A stretch of DNA of 62,033 bases from Chiloscyllium plagiosum. Its lineage: Eukaryota. Positions 52,847 to 62,033 of this stretch are shown here, piece by piece. A program made the translations under genes and the position numbers. The notes under the pieces are model-generated. The model was given only the letters and a program-made list of their open reading frames with translations, had not been told where the DNA came from and ran no database searches. The stretch lies in the NCBI RefSeq assembly GCF_004010195.1, contig NC_057718.1, positions 14,035,001-14,097,033 of the forward strand, in the 5' to 3' direction. Position 1 is the stretch's first letter. Each line of letters begins with the position of its first letter.

Positions 52847-53775
52847 ATAAGAGGTATAGTTAATAAGTTTGCAGATGACACCAAAAATGGAGGTGTAGTG
52901 GACAGTGAAGGTTACCTCAGAGTACAACGGGATCTTGATCAGATGGGCCAATAAGCTGAGGGGTGGCAGACAGGACAAGTGCGAAGTGCTGCATTTTGGA
53001 AACGCAAATCAGAGCAGGACTTATACATTTAATGGTAAGGTCCTCGGAAGTGTTGCTGAACAAAGAGACCTTGGAGTGCAGGTTCATAGTTCCTTGAAAC
53101 TAGACTCACAGGTAGATAGGATCGTGAAGAAGGCATTTGGTATGCTTTCCTTTTTTGGTCAGAGCATTGAGTATAGGAGTTGGGAAGTAATGTTACTGCT
53201 GTACAATTTATTGGTTAGGCCACTGTTGGAATATTGCGTGCAGATCTTGTTTCCTTCCTATTGGAAGGATGTTGTGAAACTTGAAAGGGTTCATAAAAGA
53301 TATACAAGGATGTTGCCAGGGTTGGAGGATTGAGCTATAGGGAGAGGCTGAATAGGCTGGAGGTGTTTTCCCTGGAGCATCGGAGGCTAAGGGGAGACCT
53401 TATAGAGATTTATAAAATCATGAGAGGCATGGATAGGATAAATAGACAAGGTTTGTCCCTGGGGTGGGGGAACTTCAGAACTAGAGGGCAAAGGTTTAGG
53501 GAGAAACGGGAAAGATATAAAAGGGACCTAAGGGGGAACATTTTCACACAGAGTGTGGTGCGTGTAGGGAATGAGCTGCCAGAGGAGATGGTGGAAGCTG
53601 GTAGAACTACAGCATTTAAAAGGCATCTGGATGGGTATATGAATAGGAAGGGTTTAGAGGGATACGGACCATGTACTGGCAAATGGGACTAGATTAGTTT
53701 AAGATATCAAGTCGGCATGGATGAGTTGGACCAAGGGTCTGTTTCTGTGCTGTACATCTCTATGGCTCTATAACT
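52847..53775 (+). mobile_element. CR1 3' part
   Basis: KFADDTK, RPLLEYCVQ, 3' UTR. Confidence 0.95.
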
Positions 53776-53820
53776 CAATTGTCCCAATATAGTAACACGC
53801 CATAAACACACTGAAATAAC

Positions 53821-54036
53821 TGTAGCGGCCAGTATCCTGTCACCAAGTCACCCTTTATTTATATATGCACAGTACACTGGCTGTGACTAGCCAGCTCAGA
53901 GTCAGTCCCTGAACTCAGAAGGCTCTCTGAATACTCTGTTTATCTCTGTCAGTCAGGCCTCCCTGCTTGGTTCAGGTTAATAGCCCCAATCAAACATCTT
54001 ATAGTCAATCAGATCCACCTGGTTCCAATCACTACA
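53821..54036 (-). mobile_element. Short (216 bp) solo LTR
   Basis: Terminal inverted TGTAG...CTACA; minus-strand AATAAA near 53855. Confidence 0.6.
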
Positions 54037-54769
54037 AACACCTCTCGGCAAAAAGGCAAATTCAGAAAACAGATTTTGTCTGACATGCAATCCAGCAGCC
54101 TACAAAGAAACCCCCAGCTTTTGACTGTAATTGAGGGAGGGAAAAATAGCTTCCACTTCTTCAAGCCCACAAAAGCAACTGCTTAAACCTAAACCTGCAA
54201 AACTAAAACAGCTAGAAATCCTGGTCTGTTGGCACTGGCCACACCCATCCAGGCCGCTTCTATTGTTCCAAATTTTAATAAAAGCCCAAGGCCTCACAAG
54301 TTGTTTATTTCTCATGGACTGCTCTTCACCTGTCCCCCAATCTCTCTCTAAAAGAAACCAGGTCAAAATGCACCTCTTAAATCCACAGCATAAGATTATC
54401 CAATCCTTTATCCAAGCTAATATATTACTCGTAAGCCTGTGTGATTTTAGAACGAACCATATGGATCTGTCTCTTAGTGATGTATTTCTGGGAACATAAG
54501 AATGTCTAACTGACTATGCGTCTGAGTTGAAGTCTAGTCTGAAGACTTTTTAGAATTCTATGGCAGTCAATATTTTGGTCCCATCAGCAGGATAATTGGA
54601 GAGCAGTGTAAAACCATCACATTTTATCCTTTGAGATCAGACACTTTGGGTTTTGTTTTGTAAGCCAGTCATCTCTGCAAAGCTTTATTGTGTTGTTTGT
54701 TGTGTGAATGTGTTTGTTAGGATTAAGGATGTATAGTTTTCATCTGGAATACAGTTTAGTTGTTAAGTA

Positions 54770-55430
54770 CAGACTTACAGAATTGTAATGGCGCTGACGG
54801 AAGCCATTTGGCCCATGGTGCCTATACCAGTTCTATTACTTAGTGCCAATTTCCTACCTTTTACCCATATTCCTGCACACGATTCCTATCAAACTAATCA
54901 TCCAATGCCCACTTGAATGCCTCAGTTGAACCTGCCTTCACTACATTTCATGGCAGTGCAATCCATTCCTTAAGTTTTTCTCACATCACTTTAAATATAT
55001 TGCCCTCTCGTTCTTTTTTTCAATTGCAAGTGGGAACAGCTTCCCCCATCTATTCTGTTCAGCTGGCTCATTATTTTGAAAACCTCTGTCAAATCTACTC
55101 TAAATCTTCATCACCCTCAAGGAAAACAGTCCAAACTTCTCAAATCTATTCTCATAACGGATGTTTTTATCCCTGGAAACATTCTTGTAAACTGCTTCTG
55201 CACAATGAATTCTTATTTTTCCTATGAATGTGGTGTCCACAGAGAAAACAATACTGTAGCTTTGTGTCTTGTACAAGTTTAACTTCACCTCCTTGCTGTT
55301 GTACTCCATGCCCCTATTAAAAAAGCCAAGAGTACCATATGCTTCATTAACTGCTTACTTCGCCTATCCTGCCACCTTCAATGATCTGAACACAGATGCA
55401 CCCAGGCCCCTCTTCTCCTGCACCCCTTTA
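54770..55430 (-). mobile_element. Old CR1 3' fragment
   Basis: EYNSKEVKLNLYKT...YENRFEKFGLFSL; degenerate 3' UTR. Confidence 0.75.
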
Positions 55431-56312
55431 ACCAATTTTTGCCACTTTAATGAATTTAATTTATAAAGAGTGAGTTATTTTTGAGTTTTGAAATAAATCT
55501 GGTGAAAGTCACTTTCACTCTGGATAGCAGGAATAAAGGGAAACAACGTTGGCCATTTTGGTGATTGAATCGAAACATTTACACCAATGTTGCAGCTTGT
55601 GGAGTAATGGGGTTTGATTAGCTGCACATTCCACCTGTCAGAGTCACAAAAGATTACCTATTAGTTCAAGCAATTCTTCTGAAAATCTAGCAAAATGGTC
55701 ATGACTATCACAGCAATGGGGCAGAAATCTCTCCACTCTTATTTTCAGTATTTTATTCACTGGGGTGTCTCAAATCTTCTCTACTGTGTTTTAGATTATC
55801 TCCTCTTCCTGTCTTTCTAAAATATTACATCTTCTGACTTGCCTTTCATGGAAGATAATGTAAGCAAACATTTGCTAGCAAATGTTATAAGAAAATGTAT
55901 AGTGAGGAACACTTAAGGATGGAAACAATCACACGACAATGACTTAGGTCAAAATTGAAATTCGTGCCCTGACAATGAGTCAATCATATGGATTCTGTTT
56001 GATATTTATATACTGTGTTAATTTAACTGTAATTCTTTATGTAAAATGAAGCATTTAAAGTTTCATGATTATCTCACTTTTAAAAGGGAGATCTTCCCTA
56101 TTCCATAATTAATCTTGATGTATGTCATTTAGAAGTAAAACTAGGCTATTTTATCAAGTACATGGGTATAACTTCACTAATTACCAGACAGATTTTCTGC
56201 ATCTGGGTTCTGCCCTCTTATTCCGATCAGTACTTGACTCTTTCGAATTAACATGTTTCATTCATCAAGAATGAAAACTAAATGCATCTGGCTTGTACTT
56301 GTCTCAACTTGT

Positions 56313-56643
56313 GGGCGGCACGGTGGCACAGTGGTTAGCACTGCTGCCTCACAGCGCCAGAGACCCGGGTTCAATTCCCGACTCAGGCGACTGACTGTGT
56401 GGAGTTTGCACATTCTCCCCGTGTCTGCGTGGGTTTCCTCCGGGTGCTCCGGTTTCCTCCCACAGTCCAAAGATGTGCAGGTCAGGTGAATTGGCCATGC
56501 TAAATTGCCCGTAGTGTTAGGTTAAAGGGGTAAATGTAGGGGTATGGGTGGGTTGCGCTTCGGCGGGTCGGTGTGGACTTGTTGGGCCGAAGGGCCTGTT
56601 TCCACACTGTAAGTAATCTAATCTAATCTAATCTAAAAAAAAA
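56313..56643 (+). mobile_element. Full-length young HE1-type V-SINE
   Basis: Intact A box (tggcacagtgg), B box (ggttcaattccc), V-domain, CR1-like end, (taatc)n plus A tail. Confidence 0.95.
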
Positions 56644-57148
56644 CTTTCCGAAAATTTATTTTGTAGAACATAATCATTTGAAGATCTTTGTTGAAGACAT
56701 ATTTATATTTATGCAATATTACAAATTTGACAGCACTTCCAGTTTTATTTTGTTGATGCTTTTAACATATTCTGCATTTAAGATTTGTTTTCCCTCCTAG
56801 ATGTGGATGCATTAATTTATAGTATATTTGTATTCCAATCTTCAGATGTGTGCCTGATTTTAATAGTTATTCGGATAATGTCTTTGGTATTTCTTTTTAT
56901 TACACAAATTTAATATTTTTTCCACATCTCCCAACTTTAAAAAAAATTTCTTTCCCGATACCTAGGTTTGTTGGTGCTACAACATTTAAGATGTTTCTCA
57001 CAGTAATGTTAGTGTAGTGTGTCATGGAGCTTAATTTTACCAAAATTGGCTAAATATCAGTTTCAGAAGGTTTCATGGAGAGGTTTTCTTTATGAATTCT
57101 AGATAGTTACCCCACACAATCACAATGCTCGCCATGCCTCTACGTCAC

Positions 57149-57304
57149 TAAGAGAAAGTGAGGACTGCAGATGCTGGAGATCAGAGTCAAAAAGTGTGGC
57201 GCTGAAGCACAGATGGTCAGGCAGCATCCGAGGAGCAGGAGAGTCTTCTGTTCCTCGGAAATTCTCTGACCAGCTGTGCTTTTCCATTGCCACACATTTT
57301 GACT
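57149..57304. mobile_element. Short PLE-derived fold-back element (centre deleted)
   Basis: Same tail as 51682 (gagaaagtgagg.ctgcagatgctggagatcagag); TSD catgYctctacRtcac at 57133-57148 and 57305-57320. Confidence 0.8.
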
Positions 57305-57499
57305 CATGTCTCTACATCACCCCTCCTACCTTGTGTTCATCAACATCTGTGTACTTGCCTCTGCTGGGATCTTCTGAGATTCCTGCTGCCAGCACCATAT
57401 TAACATGAACCAGGTCAGTCACTGCAGGCCAAGAGTTGCCAGTACAGTTACAGTGTGGGTAAAAAAAATGCCCTGGAGATGCCTGACAGAGGCAAATTG

Positions 57500-58010
57500 T
57501 CACACAATTTTTGTCATGGGTCTCAAGGTCCTGGTAAATGGGGCAGCGGAGAGGAGAACTGTCATCTTTTTTTCAGGACCACTCCAGGAGACCACAGCAG
57601 CAGCTCATGTCCTTCTGCATTCTGCAAGGGTAAGTGCCATCCTCTTCTCTCTGCTACCTCATACTCACTGTAACTCTGCTACTGCACCCACCTCCCACCA
57701 AGATTCTATGGCTAACACTCTCACTATTGCACACAGTATTTTCCCTTATTGCTGTCACCCACTCTGCCCACTCCCCCCGCAGACAACTACCCCTGCATGC
57801 CCTCTGCCACATTTCTCTTACTGCACCAGTTCTAACAGGTGTGCCAACCACTTTCATCTCATTCAATCCTCCCTTTCTCTCATTCCAAGAGAAAATAATC
57901 CACAATAGGGATGGATAGTGGGATCCTGACATTTCTGTCCTCATCCCCTACATGAGAGAATCTTTGCCCTGGCAGTTGAGGACTGTGACAGCGGATGTGA
58001 TGATACCAAG
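57500..58010 (+). mobile_element. Harbinger-associated Myb/SANT gene relic with intron
   Basis: LKVLVNGAAERRTVIF...LLHSAR|gtaagt, C/T-rich spacer, then ag|EKIIHNR...PDISVL...LA.ED. Confidence 0.45.
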
Positions 58011-58474
58011 AGTTCATGTTCTGGTATCCAAGTAAGATTTGTTGTCAAGTGCTATGCTGCTCTGCTATTACCATCACTGTAAATGTATTCTTAACATGCA
58101 CAAACTTCTATTCCTATTTTGCAACGCATTCTCTCTTTTATCTCCAGAAGGCTGTGGTGCCATTGTCATTGTCCCCACCATGGAGAAAACACAATCTCTT
58201 CCTCCACCTCTGAGGAGGTGTCTGGCAGTGGGAAGGTTGACAGCTGCCTTGGAAAGCCAGTTCTAGCAACATTCAATGTTGCCTGGATATTCGGCACTGA
58301 CCTGCCCTCTATCACTTTCTTAGCATCAATGGCAAGGCAGTAGGAGGATGAAGCTCCTTGACCTCATTCCAAAAGCTCATTCCTGAGAAGGAGATAGGAT
58401 CTTGCCAATAAGCACCCAGCAGGAGTAGGAACCACACATAGGCCTTGCAGAAGCCTCCTCTCAGGTCACTTCAT

Positions 58475-58775
58475 AGAAGGCTAACACTTGCATCTCCACT
58501 CAGATACATGGGAACACCACCATCTGCAAGATCCACCCCCCCCCCCCAAACAATTCTCCTTGCTGACTTGGAAATAGTTTGCCATTCCTTCAGTGTTGCT
58601 GCATCTAAATCCTGGAATTCTTTTCCCTAATGACATTGTGGGACTTCCCACAGCACATGGAACGCAGCAGTCAAGAAGGCAACTCATCACCACCTTCTCA
58701 ACAGCAAATAAGGATGGACAATAAATATGGGTGTGGCCAGCAATGCCCACTTTACCCGAATGAATAAAAATATTC
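58475..58775 (+). mobile_element. 3' tail of Crack/L2-group LINE
   Basis: gatacatgggaacaccacc...aaatcctggaattc...caataaat...gaatgaataaaaa. Confidence 0.8.
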
Positions 58776-59094
58776 TCTGCTTGCAATTCACAAACCTGTG
58801 GGAGTTGAGGCTGAGGTGGGTGGACCTGCATCTAGGCAGAATATTCTTAGCATGCCTGGACCCTCCAGCCACAAATACTTCAGGGGTCATATCACCCAAT
58901 ATTCCATGGTCAACAGGTTCCAATACAGGGCAGGCTCCTTCCACTTCAGCTGCGACCCTTGGACTACACGTAGACATAGTAAGAGGGAAAGGAAAAAGTA
59001 AACCTTCTGAGGGCACAGAGCTGGCATGGTTGGAATTTCATTGAAAACACATTTTCACATTTGTAAATCATGTTCACTGTTCATTATCAGCTTT

Positions 59095-59335
59095 GATATG
59101 GAGGTGCCAGTGTTGGACTGGGGTGGACAAAGTCAAAGGTCACATGACACCAGGTTATAATCCAACAGGTCTATTTGAAACTTCAAGCTTTCAGAGCCCC
59201 CACTCCTTTCTCAGGCAGCTGGCTTTGAGGGGGGTGGGGGTGGGGGGAGGGGGGCAGGGGCGGGAGGGGGATCTGAGAGCTTGTGGTTTCAAATGAAGCT
59301 GTTGGACTATAACCTGGTGTTGTGTGATTTTTGTG
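59095..59335. mobile_element. Older fold-back PLE derivative with G-rich loop
   Basis: Arms acaccaggttataatccaacag / ctgttggactataacctggtgt; same family as 59436. Confidence 0.75.
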
Positions 59336-59527
59336 AGTGACTGTCATTTTAGCTACAACTACAAGAGTAGGGACACTAATTACCTTTAGCACCACAAAGT
59401 CCTAACCCTGTCGGAATGATAGCTTTCTTTTTCATGATTTAGAGATGCTGGTGTTCAACTGGGATGTACAAAGTTAAAAATCACACAACACCAGGTTATA
59501 GTCCAACAGGTTTAATTGGAAGCACAC

Positions 59528-59556
59528 TAGCTTTCGGAGCGACGCTCCTTCATCAG
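59528..59556 (-). ncRNA. Minimal hammerhead ribozyme core (minus strand)
   Basis: Reverse complement: CTGATGA-a-ggagc-gtc-gctcc-GAAA-gCTA. Confidence 0.65.
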
Positions 59557-59565
59557 GTAGACAAC

Positions 59566-59600
59566 CACCTGATGAAGGAGCAGTGCTTCGAAAGCTAGTG
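59566..59600 (+). ncRNA. Minimal type I hammerhead ribozyme (plus strand)
   Basis: cac-CTGATGA-a-ggagc-agt-gcttc-GAAA-gCTA-gtg: stem I cac/gtg, stem II, CUA cleavage triplet. Confidence 0.7.
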
Positions 59601-60299
59601 TACTTCCAAATAAACCTGTTGGACTATAACCTGGTGTTGTGTGATTTTTAACTTTCTTTTTCATAGTTTCACTACTAGCATGAAACTTTGTCATGATTAA
59701 ATGAGGGAGAATCAGATCTTGTGAAAGCTTCCATCAGTATGCAATCTTAACTTCTATTAAACAAACATGTAAAGCATTAAAAGATTGAACTGGTTAGCTG
59801 CATTTGCAGTTGGGGTTCCATCTGCAGCATCAAAACATTTGCAGTTAATGAAAGATGACTCCATGCAATCAGTTCCATTGAACAGTGCTAACAAGGAACA
59901 TTCTGTCTGTGTTGTTTCAGCCAGTGTTGCTGAGCTGTGGGATGCTGGGAATGCTGTTCCTTCTGAAGAACATCTTCATTGTCTTGACTTGGCACAATGC
60001 TGCAACTTTCATAGATCACCATCAACCGTCATATAATCTCAGTGCATCTTCCTGGTGTATGGATGAAAGAATCCAATTAACACCCTCTTCCTGAACAGTA
60101 CTGCAACAGTACTCTGAGACATGACCTGAATGGGAACCTGATGTGATAGGGACATCTTATATCCCTCATTGGTCCCAGTGGAAGAAGGTGGATACAATGG
60201 ACATCTGGCTGCTACCTCTAAACAGAGTAAAGTGCCACTGCCCCTCTGTTATCTGCATGACGTTCAATGGGAGACAAGCAACTGTGGTTTACCAAATCA

Positions 60300-60815
60300 T
60301 GTAGGCAAATTGTGTCCAACTTTGGGCACCTTATTTAAGGCAGGATATTAAAGCCATGGAGAAAGTGCAAAGGAGATTTACTAGAATGATATCAGGAATG
60401 AGGAACTTTAAAGACAAAGAAAAATTTAGAGAAATTGGGTTTATTCTTGGCGCAGAGAAGATTAAGATGTGAACTTATGAATAATTTTGACAGGGTAAAG
60501 AAGGATATTCCATTTTGGTATGTCAGTAACTAAGGGTGACAATTTCAAGGCTGTCAGCAAGAGAGTTAGGAGTGAGATGAGGGGAAACGTCTTTACTCAG
60601 AGAGTTGTTAGACTTTGGAATACACTGTCTGGGAGAGTGGTGGAAGCAGATTCCACAGGAGTTTTCAAAAGAGAGCTGGATATATGTTTGACAGAGATAA
60701 ATGTAAGGGCTATGGAGATAGGGCTGAAGAATGGGGTTCACTAGGTAGCTCTTTCAGGAGCAGTACAGACATGATGGACTAAATGGCATCCTTCTGTATT
60801 TGAAATGCTATGATT
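60300..60815 (+). mobile_element. Old CR1 3' fragment
   Basis: FTQRVVRLWNTL...FKRELD; degenerate 3' UTR. Confidence 0.8.
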
Positions 60816-60867
60816 TTAACATGAAGCCTCCTATGGCTGGAAGCACCGCATTAGGAGATGGTCCATG

Positions 60868-61512
60868 TTTGAAATCAATAGTGACATCTTGAAAAATGTC
60901 CATATTACAGAGGAGGAAGTGCTTGATATCTTGAAATGCATAAAAGTGGATAAATACCCAGGACCTGGTCAGATGTACCCTAGAACTCTGTGGGAAGCTA
61001 GGGAAGTGATTGCTGAGCCACTTGCTGAGATATTTGTATCATCGATAGTCACAGGTGAGACTGACGGTTGGCTAGTGTGGTGTCACTATTTATGAAAAGG
61101 GTAAGGACAAGCCAGGGCACTATAGACCGGTGAGCCTGATGTCGGTGGTGGGCAAATTGTTGGAGGATTTGCATGTATTTGGAAAGGCAAGAACTGATTA
61201 GGGATAGTCAACATGGCTTTGTGCGTGGGAAATCATGTCTCACAATCTTGATTGAGTTTTTTGAAGAAGTAACAAAGAGGATTGATGAGGGCACAGTGGT
61301 GGCTGTGATCTATATGGACTTCAATAAGGTGTTTGACAAGGTTCCCCATGGGAGACTGGTTAGAAAGGTTAGATCTCAGGGACTACAGGGAAAACAAGCC
61401 ATTTGGATACATAACTGGCTCGAAGGTAGAAGGCACAGGATGGTGGTGGAAGGTTGTTTTTCAGACTGGAGGCCTGTGACCAGTGGAGTGCCACAAGGAT
61501 CAGTTCTGGGTT
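60868..61512 (+). mobile_element. CR1 RT fragment
   Basis: QHGFVRGKSCLT, DFNKVFDKVPH, SGVPQGSVLG. Confidence 0.9.
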
Positions 61513-61515
61513 CTC

Positions 61516-62030
61516 TAGAGTCATAGAGTCATAGAGATGTACAGCATGGAAACTGACCCTTCGGTCTGACCAGATATCCCAACCCAACCTAGTCCCACCT
61601 GCCAGCACCCGGCCCATATCCCTCCAAACCCTTCCTATTCTTATACCCATCCAAATGCCTCTTAAATGTTGCAATTGTACCAGCCTCCACCACTTCCCCT
61701 GGCAGCTTATTCCATACACATACCACCCTCTGCGTGAAAAAATTCCATGAGATCTAACCTTGCTAATCAGTCTCCCATGGGGAACTTGTCGAACGCCTTA
61801 CTAAGTCCATATAGATCACATCTACTGCTCTGCCCTCATCAATCTTCTTTGTTACTTCTTCAAAAAACTCAATCAAGTTTGTGAGACATGATTTCCCACG
61901 CACAAAGCCATGTTGACTATCCCGAATCAGTCCTTGCCTTTCCAAATACATGTACATCCTGTCCCTCAGGAATCCCTCCAACAACTTGCCCACCACTGAG
62001 GTCAGGCTCACTGGTTTATAGTTCCATGAT
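61516..62030 (-). mobile_element. CR1 with internal deletion (3' tail 61516-61742 joined to RT 61745-62030)
   Basis: Minus 3' UTR followed by SLTSVVGKLLE...QHGFVRGKSCLTNL. Confidence 0.9.
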
Positions 62031-62033
62031 TTG

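Larger units (their letters stand above)
52609..54395 (-). mobile_element. Solo LTR (39336 family) interrupted by CR1 and a short LTR
   Basis: tgttatggacc...; resumes at 53776 and 54037; ends cctcttaaatccacagcat as in the 39336 copy. Confidence 0.65.
45930..54430 (-). mobile_element. Old CR1 fragmented by nested insertions (pieces ~45930-46150, 48015-48450, 52555-52608, 54396-54430)
   Basis: Minus-strand CR1 RT sequence resumes colinearly across each block (caccagtt|...|acagcttgcc; ctttctgt|...|tatccaatcc). Confidence 0.6.
59436..59655. mobile_element. Fold-back PLE derivative with two opposed hammerheads
   Basis: 34-nt tail, ~89-bp arms (59470-59558 and 59567-59655); 13-bp TSD ctttctttttcat at 59423-59435 and 59652-59664. 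Confidence 0.85.

Noticed and set aside
56313..56385. tRNA gene
   Set aside because: The A/B boxes belong to the SINE head and continue into the V-domain.
59470..59655. CRISPR array, bacterial terminator or miRNA precursor
   Set aside because: No repeat-spacer periodicity, eukaryotic context, and a TSD plus tail that indicate a mobile insertion. Small-RNA production is not excluded but is unsupported.

Overview
Eukaryotic, non-bacterial DNA. HE1-type V-SINEs and their CR1 partner LINEs point to an elasmobranch (shark) genome; this is inferred. The only host gene I can support is a + strand, intron-rich EF-hand gene that reads as EFCAB2/DRC8. Five internal coding exons (85, 73, 80, 43 and 67 nt, at 5891-44277) splice in frame with canonical AG/GT sites. 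I did not find the first or last coding exons in the window. The rest is intronic and dominated by decayed, often nested transposons: many CR1 LINEs, an L1, a Crack/L2-group LINE and its tRNA-headed SINE, HE1 SINEs, solo LTRs, a Tigger-like MITE, Harbinger relics and about four Penelope-like (PLE) families. A 500-N gap lies at 36264-36763. The most notable structure is a set of PLE-derived fold-back insertions from about 155 bp to 3 kb. They share inverted arms, a one-sided 34-37 nt tail and 12-16 bp target-site duplications (TSDs), and carry minimal hammerhead-ribozyme cores, intact on both strands at 59528-59600. Also notable is a LINE whose endonuclease start is fused directly to a tRNA-derived head, of which the local SINE looks like an internal-deletion derivative. 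Repeat boundaries are approximate and family names come from motif recognition, not database searches. I cannot confirm a wholly new system.
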